This document shows, piece by piece, positions 1 to 11,256 of a stretch of 64,000 nt of DNA (the stretch's first letter is position 1; each line of letters begins with the position of its first letter). Under the pieces are notes generated by a model. It searched no databases and was not told the DNA's origin. It saw nothing but the letters and a program-made list of their open reading frames with translations. Made by a program: the position numbers and the translations under genes. Source of the DNA: Massalongia carnosa (lineage: Eukaryota); contig OZ287083.1 in the NCBI GenBank assembly GCA_965645245.1, positions 310,001 to 374,000 of the forward strand, given 5' to 3'.

Positions 1-2
1 CA

Positions 3-3000
3 CCTATTAGGCGACCAGGAACTGAATGGCTTTTGGCTGTTGAAGTGGAGAAGATTCCCCGTTTGAGAACACCCCCCCCTCCAAAGCTTACTAGGCTACT
101 AGAATCTATTGCCTCATCACCGCTAACGGAACTTTCTTCACTTACACCTACTGCACCGTCTTTAGCCGTCATAAGAGATGCGCAGCTCAGCCAGGGGGAA
201 AACCTAGCTGGTCCAGGCTCTATACCATCGTTTAACCTGTTCAGCTCCATGGACGCAGATCCTGCACGCAAAAATACTCGCAATCTACGCCACCGAAATC
301 CGATCCAGCTACACCCATATGTTATTGAGAGCGAAAAATATCGTCAGATCCTAAAGGCAAGGGGGATAAAACCGCTACGCATCGCTCAAATGCAAGAAAG
401 CTTGGAAAGCCAAATGAAAGAGGGCTCTCAATTAGTCGAATCTGACGTGGATGAGGATAGCCAATTTCAGAGCAACGATATGGACTCGGAGTCTCCAATA
501 AACTTATCGCCTCTTTGTTTCCATGAGCCACAAAACCCATCTCCGCCGTCTCAAAGCGAATCTGCTAACATAGAGGAGGATTTCCCTGATGTCCGTGAAC
601 TTCTCCAGCACGGTCCTTCACACGTTGCAGTAGGAGGCACCAAACGAAGAAAAGTTGCACATACATTCTCTAAGAAGGAGTTAAGGCCTTCGGAGAAGAG
701 ACAAAGGCCCTTAGCGCTAGAAACTCCACCTTTGAGCGCCACTGGCATAGTTGACGTTTTCACTTCACCTCTCCTGCCGGGAACGCTGACCCCGCGAGAG
801 CAAAGTCCTCGTGCCGATCGAGGCTTTCGTGTCCCGTTTGGAGCATCAACAGCAGCTTTACCCACACCAGTGACCTCCTCGGAGCCTAGAGTTCGATCCT
901 CTGTTAGGCCACACCAGAATGCGATTATGGTTGAGTCTAGCGCTGAATCAGCTGGTGAAAACGAGGATCCGATAGTATCAGCTGATGACTCTTCCGAGAA
1001 TGAGACAGGCCATCAATTAGAGCGTGTTCAACGTAAAATGCGAGGTGTACTTCCCGCTTCTTGGCTGAAACTCGATCTGAAAACTCAGAAAAAGAAGCCT
1101 GGCCGTGGTATAAGTACTCTGCAGAGCCTTTCTCCAGGGAAGCATATTGCGCAGCGAGGAGTCGCTAGACATGTTGTCATGCCGCAGGACAGGATTAGGA
1201 AAACTAATATCAGGAGAGAGGCCCCAATCATTGTATCTGACGACGAAGATTCGGATTCCAGCCACAACACCTTTACTAGAACTGCTTTTCTAGACGAATA
1301 TTTGCCTAAGGCCCACGAGTACAACAATAACTGTAATAACGACCACCAGATATTTGAAGATAATAGGGGAGAGGTGTTGGAGGATAACCGAGTTGATGAG
1401 ATGTTGCCCTCCACAAGACGCCAGAATCGTCAACCTAAAAAACGAAGGAAACAGCAGCTTCAATTACCACCAGGGGAACGAATCAAACCACGCTCTACCG
1501 CACCTGGTCATTTTTCACCCTCTCGAGTGAAGTTTCCCTACCAACCAAGGATTACAGATCATCTCAGAATGGGACAGACAGCAAAACCTAAATTTCGTCC
1601 ACCCAAGCTCAGTATCCTAGACGCTCCTACACAAACTAACACTACATACAAACCTCGGTTTCTGAAGATTGCTTCAAGAACAACACGCTCTAGGCTTGAC
1701 AAGGGCAGGCATAGTCCAACCCATAAGTACATCCGCTTGCCAACAAGGGAAGATACATATGACGCACGTGAAACTCTGCAAAATTGGCGTGAAGGAATTA
1801 TATTGCCAGCGAAAACGCCTTCTAATGGTTTTGCTACTATCAAAAACTCTAACCGGCAGCCATTGCATCCTCGATCTGGAAATGGCGACCCCCGCTCAAG
1901 TACTAGGGCTGGGCTGGGGTTTCGCGAAGGAGATTCATTGGGGGTCAAATCATTAAAGCGAAATACCCCTTCTACTAAAAACTTGAAAAGCCAGAGCCTT
2001 TTGGATGATATCTTGCCTCGCCTGTCTACGAAATCGCAGCAAACTGAACTCATCACTACCCACGTAGGCCGTGTTAAGCAACGCCATCTTGCTAAACTCA
2101 AGGGTCATATTGTCACGTCGCTAAGAAACAGTAATGACTCGAGACCTGCAAATTTAGAGTCTTTACAGGAAGATGACGATCGATCGCGCCCTCGAGTTGC
2201 TTTTCAGAAACATGTTTTGAAAGCTGATCGAGCCATTAATACACCTGGTAATTCTACTGTCCTTCTAGAGAGATTTCTGAATGAAGATCCGCAGCCCCTG
2301 TTAGGAGCCAGCTCTACAGATTCGGAGCTTAGACAATCAAATGAAAAGCATTCTAACCGCAATCCTTATGAACGGATTGCGGTCCCCTTTCGAAGCAGGA
2401 AGCACCCACCGCGACGCTTACATATGGTCAATTTTGGTTTCCGGCAAAGTAGTCCTTCGATCGACAGGAACTCTCCTACAGATCTCCACTTTTCCCATGA
2501 ACAAAATACAGACGGGATACTTCATGGCTTGGGCTCTTTTGGAACACGCTATACCCACACCTTTGATATCAACCCACTGCCGGCAGGAACATATCTCCAC
2601 TCTTGTACTTTCGTGGGTGGTGGTGGACTTCAAAAAAGCCTTCACCTGGACAAACATGACAAGATGGACATACCAAGAGGCTTTGCCTTTGTACATATCC
2701 ACCAAGAGGTTTTCAAATGGGGTCCATGGAACGACATGGTAGCTACCCAGCTCGGAACGGTGTTCGATGTAATCTCAGAGCAACCCCGGCTGTTGCTGCA
2801 AGGAACGGCTACAGTGGATTTTCAGCAAATCTCAACGTTGATAAAGGATGTGGTCAATTATTTCTCCAATCACCTTAGTTTTCTAGATCCTATCGATAGG
2901 GTTTTCTTCCTGACGAGATGTAGAGTATTACTAACAGCTTTTCTGAGCGAGACCGATGCTCATCCAACACCAGCAAACGAAAAACACCAAGATTTTTACC

Positions 3001-6000
3001 TGCATATACTGACTCTGCTCTTGGTCATGGCAGGCCAATTGCGCCAAATATCCTTACATGAACTTGCGCTGCAGATCCCAACAGCGGAAATCGGCTCTGT
3101 ATTGCTGGGAATCGCGCAACGAACTCTTCGTCTTGCGCTCGTTGAGCGATTCAAAAGTCTTCCCGGGTGTATTGAAAACATTAAACATCTCGAGGCTTGC
3201 GAATACGGTATCCGAGAGGATTGTTCCTCTATAGAGGCTCTTGTGACTGCTCATTATGTCCTCAGAGAAAGTAGCGACTCATTGGCCGTATTCTGGGAGA
3301 TTGTTCAAAACACAATCATTTCTGGAACTCCCAAAAATGCTCTCCAAGTTCATACTCTTGAACTGAGTTGGCAGAAAATATTCACGGTCTTGCCATTTCT
3401 TGGATTCGATGCCCAAGGGCTTCTAGAATCAGGCCAACGCTTTAAAGTGTCGAACGACGGATGGTCCTCTGTGAAGCTTCTTACAAGTCGTGTTCTAGAG
3501 TTACAAACAGCGGACCCTGGCCATCATGGTGCTACTTTCAATGCATATTGCCGTACACTATTCGGTCGATGCCTTCATTTGGTGAATGTATGGGGTTGGT
3601 ACAGGTGCGAGGCAATCATTGGGATTATGTTCGATTTCTTTGCTCGAAACGATCTGTGTCATCTCACCAATGAAGAAAGCCATGGTTCTCCGCGTTTCTT
3701 AGACCATCTCGATGAAACACCAGATTTGAAAGCGGCCTCTGAGGATCGATGCTTCCATATCTTCCTTAAAATAATTGGCAGCGGCCTCATTCATCTAAGT
3801 AAGCGAATTTCTGAGAAAAAGATACGCGATATCGTGTGGCGTCTTATGCCCAATCACGGTCGCCTTCATCCAAAAGAGGAAACTCTTCGTCAGAGAGATC
3901 TAGACGCCTTGCGAAATCATCATGATTTGTTATGTACGCTGTACTGGGCATCACCTCCAGCCGTTCGGCCTCGACTAGGTGCTATTCGCAACCTTGTACA
4001 TTTAGAGTCGTCCCATCGAGAAGCATGCCATATCAACATTCGAGCTTGGGCTAACCTGGTTCGTTTTCAGCTGTCCACTGATGAAGCTGCGGTTGTTTTG
4101 AAGCCATTTGCAGACTGGCATAATGATTTGTTGGTACAAATCATTCGGCAACATGGCTTTGCACGAACTGAGGCAGAGGAGCACGTCAAGTCATCAGAGA
4201 TCTACGGTACTATTATATCCAAAGAAACCCTTGAAACAACAATTGCTAGGAACCAGCGACAAGTTGTAGCGGTCCTTGGCGATGCTCTGATATCACTCAA
4301 GATTGCCATAGATCTAGCGAAAGATCTAGCGCATGCGACTGTACTAATCACGCCTGCGTTGATTCCAGTATTCGACATGTTCAACGCAAAAGACTTTCAT
4401 GCGAACAAATCTGTAGTTCTGGCATTGGATGTTGTCCAAGCATACGCGAATAAGGCTATGGATGAAGAAAACTTGTCCAATTGTCGAAACATCAATGACG
4501 ACAGTCAAGACTACGGCGATTGGTCTGCATTCGATGAAGACCTAGAGCGTAAGGATGAAGAACTCGCATCAGTACCTCAGGATTTAGGTGCTACACACCT
4601 ATACAGCTTATTTCTTGAACCTCTTAAGCAGCTCCTTTCAAACTCTTTTGGTGCAGACATAAGTCCCGAAGATAGCCTTTTGGTAAAAATAGTTCAGGTT
4701 TGGGTTGCTCTTGCGCACCTTCTGGTTCGGAATGGTACCAGATCTTGGAGTGATTATATCTCTCATTTTGGAGTTGATACTTGGGGATCGCTAAGACGAA
4801 CCGAGCAAACCCAAAAGTTTACCAACTACTTCCTGTCTGTTCTGATCGAATCCTGTGAGGATATTTATCAGGAGCACAAGGAGTTTTTCCTTGCCTCTTG
4901 GGTCGACTCTTTGGTCGAGCGTGAATCGATGATCAAATTTCAACACCGGTTGACGACAGCCATATTGAACGTTAGTTCTGGGGACCCATTGCTTAAGAAC
5001 TTGCCGTTTTGGACGAATTCAGAAACCGGCAAGTTTGAGATTACCGCGTCTGACTTTCTGGGTAGGCGATTATCTTTGATCTCTAGTCTGCTGTCAAACA
5101 TGCGAGAATCTCTAGAGGATTTTCATCAGGATATGTCAAGCAGCTTGTTAGATTTAAGGCAAGATTATGTCGCTTTGGTGAAACATCTCATGAACGCGAT
5201 GAAGAGAAATTATCAAGAACTCGGGCACGGTTCAAATGTAAGGGGCACTTATGTGGAATTCGTTCAGCGTGTGGTAGAGTTTCTTCAGCAAAACACCACG
5301 GATATATGTCCTGTCGATCGCTTCTTCACAGACTCGACCGCGTTTCCCCTGCCAGCTACAGATCCCACTTATGTGGTAGGACGACTTAAGAACTACGGTC
5401 TTCGACTGCATGACTCGCGGACGCCAAAGCAACTCGCGGTGTTTCTCCAGTCGGTTTCTGAGCGTGCGGCAGTCGATGGGCAACAGGTGTACCTTGTCGA
5501 TCAGCTTCATGCGGCAATGTCGGACGTGCCTAAATGTGGAGATGCTGGAAAGCCAACTCTACAGTCCTTTCTCATCCACGCAATCGTCCCCGCCTACATC
5601 GAAGTAGCGTTCAGCACCTCCAGCGGCTGGCTTCTCGCTTCCCCAATGCTGCAGGCTATACGTAATGTATTTCGAAACCTGCTCGCTAGCCTCGATGGCG
5701 CAAGCGCGGATAGCATCGCTAGAGTACTCTCCATCATGACTGCTTTCTTGGACGCTGCGCGGAAATCCATCCACTTGCTGATCGATCACTCAGGCCTCTT
5801 AGAACAGCCATACATCTTATACTTGCTCGGGCTGTTATATTCCGACATCACCGCTCTCCTGCCCACTCTTGACTATATAGTTCGCCTGACCGAGACCGAA
5901 TCGCAAGCGGTGCACCACATCGGTTTTTTTACCTCCTTCGCTGTCTTCGCTACCGAGCTACTACTCCACCGCGGAGACGTGCATTCCCCGGACATTGGCA

Positions 6001-6335
6001 GCATCGACGACCTTTACGAGGAACAGATCCCAACCGAGATTCTCCCTTACGCCGACGCGCGCGACTTCGCGTTACGAGAGCTCCGCGACTCACTCGGCAA
6101 GCACTGGATCCGTCGCGACGAACGATATTACGTGGTGAGAGGGAATTCTCGTCGGGAAGTCCTCGCCGCCGGGGGGTTCTCCTCCCTCCAGGAGGAAACG
6201 GATCGGGCGTTAGGCGACTTTGGGGCTTTTCATGCCTGTGTGAGAGATATGCCTACGTTTTGCAAGGAGGTGGGGGTGGGAATGAGACCTTTGCGGCGAC
6301 ATGAACAGTTTGTGTCGGAAGAGTTGATTTTTTAA
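3..6335 (+). CDS. MMS22: Mus7/MMS22-family DNA repair protein (5'-truncated by window edge)
   Basis: Frame is open from position 3 with no stop before the TTG at 33, and is intronless for >2100 codons. Motifs typical of fungal Mus7/Mms22: RNLRHRNPIQLHPY, RGVLPASWLKLD, DRCFHIFLK, WRLMPNHGR, LRNHHDLLCTLYWASPP, VERESMIKFQH. Confidence 0.85.
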   Translation, partial: PIRRPGTEWLLAVEVEKIPRLRTPPPPKLTRLLESIASSPLTELSSLTPTAPSLAVIRDAQLSQGENLAGPGSIPSFNLFSSMDADPARKNTRNLRHRNPIQLHPYVIESEKYRQILKARGIKPLRIAQMQESLESQMKEGSQLVESDVDEDSQFQSNDMDSESPINLSPLCFHEPQNPSPPSQSESANIEEDFPDVRELLQHGPSHVAVGGTKRRKVAHTFSKKELRPSEKRQRPLALETPPLSATGIVDVFTSPLLPGTLTPREQSPRADRGFRVPFGASTAALPTPVTSSEPRVRSSVRPHQNAIMVESSAESAGENEDPIVSADDSSENETGHQLERVQRKMRGVLPASWLKLDLKTQKKKPGRGISTLQSLSPGKHIAQRGVARHVVMPQDRIRKTNIRREAPIIVSDDEDSDSSHNTFTRTAFLDEYLPKAHEYNNNCNNDHQIFEDNRGEVLEDNRVDEMLPSTRRQNRQPKKRRKQQLQLPPGERIKPRSTAPGHFSPSRVKFPYQPRITDHLRMGQTAKPKFRPPKLSILDAPTQTNTTYKPRFLKIASRTTRSRLDKGRHSPTHKYIRLPTREDTYDARETLQNWREGIILPAKTPSNGFATIKNSNRQPLHPRSGNGDPRSSTRAGLGFREGDSLGVKSLKRNTPSTKNLKSQSLLDDILPRLSTKSQQTELITTHVGRVKQRHLAKLKGHIVTSLRNSNDSRPANLESLQEDDDRSRPRVAFQKHVLKADRAINTPGNSTVLLERFLNEDPQPLLGASSTDSELRQSNEKHSNRNPYERIAVPFRSRKHPPRRLHMVNFGFRQSSPSIDRNSPTDLHFSHEQNTDGILHGLGSFGTRYTHTFDINPLPAGTYLHSCTFVGGGGLQKSLHLDKHDKMDIPRGFAFVHIHQEVFKWGPWNDMVATQLGTVFDVISEQPRLLLQGTATVDFQQISTLIKDVVNYFSNHLSFLDPIDRVFFLTRCRVLLTAFLSETDAHPTPANEKHQDFYLHILTLLLVMAGQLRQISLHELALQIPTAEIGSVLLGIAQRTLRLALVERFKSLPGCIENIKHLEACEYGIREDCSSIEALVTAHYVLRESSDSLAVFWEIVQNTIISGTPKNALQVHTLELSWQKIFTVLPFLGFDAQGLLESGQRFKVSNDGWSSVKLLTSRVLELQTADPGHHGATFNAYCRTLFGRCLHLVNVWGWYRCEAIIGIMFDFFARNDLCHLTNEESHGSPRFLDHLDETPDLKAASEDRCFHIFLKIIGSGLIHLSKRISEKKIRDIVWRLMPNHGRLHPKEETLRQRDLDALRNHHDLLCTLYWASPPAVRPRLGAIRNLVHLESSHREACHINIRAWANLVRFQLSTDEAAVVLKPFADWHNDLLVQIIRQHGFARTEAEEHVKSSEIYGTIISKETLETTIARNQRQVVAVLGDALISLKIAIDLAKDLAHATVLITPALIPVFDMFNAKDFHANKSVVLALDVVQAYANKAMDEENLSNCRNINDDSQDYGDWSAFDEDLERKDEELASVPQDLGATHLYSLFLEPLKQLLSNSFGADISPEDSLLVKIVQVWVALAHLLVRNGTRSWSDYISHFGVDTWGSLRRTEQTQKFTNYFLSVLIESCEDIYQEHKEFFLASWVDSLVERESMIKFQHRLTTAILNVSSGDPLLKNLPFWTNSETGKFEITASDFLGRRLSLISSLLSNMRESLEDFHQDMSSSLLDLRQDYVALVKHLMNAMKRNYQELGHGSNVRGTYVEFVQRVVEFLQQNTTDICPVDRFFTDSTAFPLPATDPTYVVGRLKNYGLRLHDSRTPKQLAVFLQSVSERAAVDGQQVYLVDQLHAAMSDVPKCGDAGKPTLQSFLIHAIVPAYIEVAFSTSSGWLLASPMLQAIRNVFRNLLASLDGASADSIARVLSIMTAFLDAARKSIHLLIDHSGLLEQPYILYLLGLLYSDITALLPTLDYIVRLTETESQAVHHIGFFTSFAVFATELLLHRGDVHSPDIGSIDDLYEEQIPTEILPYADARDFALRELRDSLGKHWIRRDERYYVVRGNSRREVLAAGGFSSLQEETDRALGDFGAFHACVRDMPTFCKEVGVGMRPLRRHEQFVSEELIF

Positions 6336-6473
6336 ATGTAACTTGGGAGGGAATTTGTGAAATTGTTGCATTGCCCCCCCTGAAGGGGAAGATACTGTTT
6401 AGTGGCATGCATTGACATGGAGTTTGGTTTTGTTTTCGTTTATTTTCCTCCCAATTCGCTTGAGCTTAGGAGT

Positions 6474-6493
6474 GACGGACGGACGGACGGACG
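6474..6493. repeat. (GACG)5 microsatellite
   Basis: gacggacggacggacggacg in the region between two convergent genes. Confidence 0.9.
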
Positions 6494-6550
6494 AACATTC
6501 AGCGAGCGGTGGAGAAGGTAGAATGCAGGTTTCCACGAAAGGGACTGCCC

Positions 6551-6572
6551 AGCTAGCTAGCTAGCTAGCTAG
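6551..6572. repeat. (AGCT)5.5 self-complementary microsatellite
   Basis: agctagctagctagctagctag. Confidence 0.9.
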
Positions 6573-7105
6573 TAAGTAACTAGAACTGGATATGGGGAGG
6601 GGGGAAACATACACAATATTGCAAACAGTCTAGTCCTGGACAGCGGGGCAGGGGTGGAGCGGAGCCGGGGCTGTATATGAATTTTTTTCTTTTTGCCAGG
6701 AAGCGGAAAAAATGGGGGGAGGTGGTATATGTAGGTATGTAAGAATCAAACGCCCCCCGCCGGGGAATCATCCTTTCCGTTTTCCTTGTTTTTATGCCCT
6801 ATCTTATGCCTAGGTATCTTATCCTATTTCTCGTGACTCCAATTTCCCCCTTCCCCCTCCCCCAGTCCCTGATTTTTGATCATTATCTTGAGAATTTCCA
6901 AATGCTCGGTTTTGCTACTTTACCCTACCCTACCCTTCCTCCTCCTTGGACCTGGGTTGTCGTTGCAGAGGCTTAAGAACCCCATGATCCATAATGCGTC
7001 ATTTAAATCTCCTCGCTAATAAGCCCCTTGGCATAAAAACGGATCCGGATCGGTATTTAGTTTTCCTCCCAAGAATGAAAATCTCGCATATCCTCCCCCA
7101 TTCCC

Positions 7106-8200
7106 TCACCTCCCTCCCCCTCCACCGGCATCCTCATTCCCCAAGCCTAGGCCTAGCCCAAATGCCTTTCGCACCCTGCCCACACCGCGGCGGAGTCCGA
7201 TACCGGGTCCGGGCGCTTTGGGAGATAAGGGGGTTGAGAGACTTGCGTCCGAGGTTCGAGTTCTGAGGCTGTTAGACTGGTTCCTGGTGAGTGTGTTTCT
7301 GGCCCCGTTGCTCGCCTCAGCGGTCGCATCACCGCCGCCACCCTTATTGCCAGTTGTGTTGTCCACCTCCCCTGCCCCTCGAGGCGGCCACTCCCCCTTC
7401 TCCTTCCAGCCTTGCACTAGCGCGCACACCATGTCGGAAAGGTTGATCGGTACGTTAGGGGAGAGGCCCTGAACAACGACCTTGCTGTAGATGACCGGGT
7501 AGGTGGACGGGGTGATGGAGGCGCGGATGGGGTGCGTGGGGGCGAGAAGGGGCGGGGGGAGGGGGAGGAGCGGCGAATGGGAGGAAGGAGAGGACGAACG
7601 CAAGGGAGTGGCGGGCGGGGGGGGGCATGCAGGGCCGGTGGTTATGTTTGAGAGGTCGCCATCAGAAAAGGAGTCCGGGGGGAAGACACGGGCGCCCGTC
7701 CAGCTGTCCCGGCGCTGGGTGTAGGTTGCTAAGCCCTCGTTCCACTCCATTTCCTGTCGGTGGCGACGGTGGCGCGCTTGTCGCCGCACCTGAATCGATT
7801 GCCCGAGCGAATCAGGGTTGTCGTATTTGTAGGGATTTAGGATTGTAGAACCGCTCGACGGGTTCGAGGCGTGCGGCGAGGGAGGTGGGGTGTCGGAGTC
7901 GGAGTCGGAGTCCCGGGGACGCCATTGAGTGGTTGTGGTTGTGGTTGTGGTTGTGAGACGCTGTGATGTTTGTGAGTCCGAGTTGGTGGGGGGAGATGGC
8001 CAGGTCCAGTCTGAGCGGGTTTTGGAGAGGATTTCGCGTTTGACGGATTGGGTAGGGGGGTGGAGCGGAGGGAGGGGATCTTCGGGTGAATTTTTGCGGG
8101 GGTGTATAGGGAGGGCGAAAGGGGAGGATCGGGCCGAAGATGGTTCTGGAAGCTTGGTGGAGGCGAGAGTTGATAGATTGGAGGGTGGGGAGTGCAGCAT
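7106..8200 (-). CDS. Gag1-like clamp (DUF4050) domain protein
   Basis: 364-aa ORF with EMEWNEGLATYTQRRDSWTGA and YPVIYSKVVVQGLSPNVPINLSDMVCALVQGWKEKGEWPP, characteristic of fungal DUF4050. The poly-Thr tract is encoded by a hexamer repeat (GTGGTT on +, ~7929-7954). Confidence 0.75.
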   Translation of the reverse strand: MLHSPPSNLSTLASTKLPEPSSARSSPFALPIHPRKNSPEDPLPPLHPPTQSVKREILSKTRSDWTWPSPPTNSDSQTSQRLTTTTTTTTTQWRPRDSDSDSDTPPPSPHASNPSSGSTILNPYKYDNPDSLGQSIQVRRQARHRRHRQEMEWNEGLATYTQRRDSWTGARVFPPDSFSDGDLSNITTGPACPPPPATPLRSSSPSSHSPLLPLPPPLLAPTHPIRASITPSTYPVIYSKVVVQGLSPNVPINLSDMVCALVQGWKEKGEWPPRGAGEVDNTTGNKGGGGDATAEASNGARNTLTRNQSNSLRTRTSDASLSTPLSPKAPGPGIGLRRGVGRVRKAFGLGLGLGNEDAGGGGGR

Positions 8201-8526
8201 GGCGGACGGATGAAAGCGCTTTGCTTTTTGCCGAGGAATGGTTTAGAGCTAATCGATTTGAACGAGCATGTTTGGCTGTTGATGTTAGTTATAACGCATA
8301 TAAGACTGATAGTTCTGTAACTAATGCTTGCATGGAGTGTTTGAATGATGGCAAGAGATGCGTAATGAACCGTCTCTCCCGGGAATCTGACCTGGTGATA
8401 ATGATCTCATCCCAAAGGGGAATCCCTACCGCCGATCTCCCGGAATCCGGGGAAACACCAAGCTAACTCAACTAAGGCTCGCGTGGTAATCAATCAATTA
8501 ATTTAGCCAATGCAAAGAGGCCAGCG

Positions 8527-8576
8527 GTGGCCAATTGTGGCCAACTGTGGCCAACTGTGGCTAACTGTGGCTAGCT
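8527..8576. repeat. 10-bp tandem repeat x5 (GTGGCYAAYT-like)
   Basis: gtggccaatt gtggccaact gtggccaact gtggctaact gtggctagct, upstream of the DUF4050 gene. Confidence 0.9.
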
Positions 8577-11113
8577 ACAGAGTACTCCGTAAGATCGACT
8601 AGTGAGTCCTGTGGCTGACGGTACGGCGTGGTCTTAACTGGGCAAATGCGAAGGTGGAGTGTTCAATCCTTACATACATTGATATCATTGCATCCATAGC
8701 ACCTTACGGAAGGTGATATCTTGTCAAATGCGTCTTCATCATAAAGGATTGCAAAAGGAGGATAGAGTTAGCGAAGTAAACGAGCTGGGCAAGAACGTAT
8801 CCTCCAGCCCGATGACTGCGATAAAATCAGCAAGCTGACGACAATCTTTGAAGAATCCAGAAGAGCAGTTCAAGGGTTATACAGAAAACAGGGGATTCAG
8901 GTTGTTCGTTGAATTTTTTGCTCCGCTCCGGTACGGGGAGATCACCATGGCTCCTATCCTCCGAATACTACGAGGGTTAAGCTTGGGACATAGAAGGCAT
9001 TATTCGGAAATTTCAGCTTCAATGGGTTGGGTGGATTTAGTTGCCCAGCTACAACTTAATTCCTTCTCCTTACAACGATCAGGTGCTAAATGGGTTTTTA
9101 TAGTGACATCGCCTCAACGGAATTTGCGTCGCAGAATGTGAATCGACGATCTGAGGAGTCACCAGAGCTAGAAAAGGACTTCGGATGTAAATTGTCACTT
9201 AAGGATTATGCCACTACGTGTCCCGTCAAGAACGAAGATCAAAATTTCTCATTTCTTCTTCCGCGCCAAACCCCAGTCCCATTTCTTCTCTATTTGATTG
9301 AGCACATGGCTAACCAAAACGACCATGGTTGGCCTGCGCATTGGCTAATCAATGTACTCCGTATTCTTTACGACTTGGCAGTCTAGAGATTTAAAGAATA
9401 GTCGGAATTTTAGAATAAGTGGTGCGCGGGAAGCTGCATGAGGACCCTGACTGGCCAATATATCGAGCCGTGTTTATCTTGATCACCTCTGCTACACCAC
9501 ATGAACAGTGTTACATCGCCACATTTTTCAGCCAACGGCTTCTCCAACCCCTCGAGGAAGGTGATTGTTCCTCTGAAGGACATAGTCTTACGAGTGATCC
9601 TGGATTGGTGCGCTGTAGCGTTCTTTTCCAACTTTCCTATAACAACCAGAAGGTGCAATCAGAGCAAAAGTAAAAGCCCTGCAGCTCATGGTCTTTCACT
9701 CAACCAAAGAAGCGGAAGAGCGCTGATCTGATTCGGTATGAGAAGATGTTAGTCCCGTCATCTTTCGCAGTGATGGACATTGAAATGCACTTTCTCTATG
9801 ACTAGTGCACAAAGCCCGGATACGGACTAAACTGAAGGGCTTCTCGTTGAAACTTCACTTCTCACTATGTCAATCAATCGCTGGCTATATGAATTGGGAG
9901 GTTTTTTTGCGATGCTTGGATCAGCCCTCTGCTACAGGCTATGAGACATTGTTTGACAAACAACTCGACTTTGCACCTAATTTGGCGGAAGATGCGCTCC
10001 CACCCTGTTCAAACAATGCCAAGCCGAATATTTCCCGAGGAAGTAAAAAGTTGGCCTTAAAACTCGGTTTAGCACACTAAATACTTATTGAAAATTCTGC
10101 AACCGCGTCTCATTCATCTGGCCTTAGGCTTCACCCATTGTCGACTGATGAGCATAGGGTGTTGAATCTGCAGAACAAGGAGCCGCATATTACCCGAGTG
10201 CCGCTCTCATACTATTGAAGCCAGGACCCGATGGTACGCATAGAAGAAATCCGACGGCTTTTCCTCTTGATCCATCTGTCATACCGGCTGAAATGATGAG
10301 GCTTCCACTTTCTTACTAGGTAGCACCTTACGCAACAACGTCCACAATGGGGTCTTTCAAGCGCGTTACTTGATGCGTGCTATGATTACACCTCCTGACA
10401 TAGGGTTTCCTTAACTGACAATTCATCACCTTAGTTTTAGCATTATCATCGCCTCCGTTAATCGATGGGGCTCTGTTGCGTTTGATACGGTAGACCCCAG
10501 TCTCTACCGAGGAAAGAGTGCTACAATGCGGACGTTGGGCTAGGTGGTGTCCATAATTGATCCGAAACTTAGATTGCAGTTGAGTACGTCATACGGACTT
10601 ATGTCTTATTCTTTTGTCGTTGGTCTTCCGCGTTCAAGAGAGTGAGGTTCTCAACATTTCCTACTTATGGGGTTATTCCTATGTAACGTTGTATTGACTT
10701 ACACCCCGGACCCTTAACCCTCCCGTACCGGACCCAAGGATATTCAAAGCGGGATACTCACTTGGCTTCCCACCAGAGGCCGTATGTACTACGGCTTCCT
10801 GAACCTGCACGGCTTGTTGGAGAAGTATGAAGAGAATGAGTTCTTAGTGTTGATTGATCAGAAACAGTTAGTGGAGAAAATGACGTTGAGGTGGTCCACC
10901 CTGATGCTGTTTACGTTATTTGCTTGGTGCTAGGAACTCGCTCTACTCTACAAGGCTTCTTCCGGTCATGGTCACGACGTGGCAAGCAAAATCCTCGTCG
11001 GATCCTTGGATAAACGATAGCCTGCCAGAGAGTTCCGAGATTGAATCGATGATCAAGGGAGATAATCCGGAGTTAGGAGAACATTTCGTCGTCGATAAGT
11101 AAACCGCAGCATC

Positions 11114-11119
11114 TATAAA
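11114..11119 (+). promoter_or_regulatory. TATA box of small secreted protein gene 1
   Basis: TATAAA followed by a CT-rich tract, ~140 bp upstream of ATG 11257. Confidence 0.55.
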
Positions 11120-11256
11120 TCACTCTTGAATTCCTTTGTTTCTTTTCTTCATCTTCACCATCAACCTTCAAGTCCTCCCATAATTCACAATCGCTCTCCA
11201 TCTTCCAAGCAGCCGACGCCTGACTCTCCGCGTCTGAACACCGTTCATCCTTTACA

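Noticed and set aside
8527..8576. 10-bp repeats as a CRISPR-like array
   Set aside because: Contiguous minisatellite with no spacers, in a eukaryotic genome.
8603..8680. tRNA-like A box (TGGCTGACGGT) and B box (GTTCAATCC)
   Set aside because: No acceptor-stem or T-stem complementarity, so no cloverleaf.
10293..10398. ATGATGA...CTGA C/D-box-like pair
   Set aside because: No terminal stem or convincing rRNA complementarity; such pairs are expected by chance.
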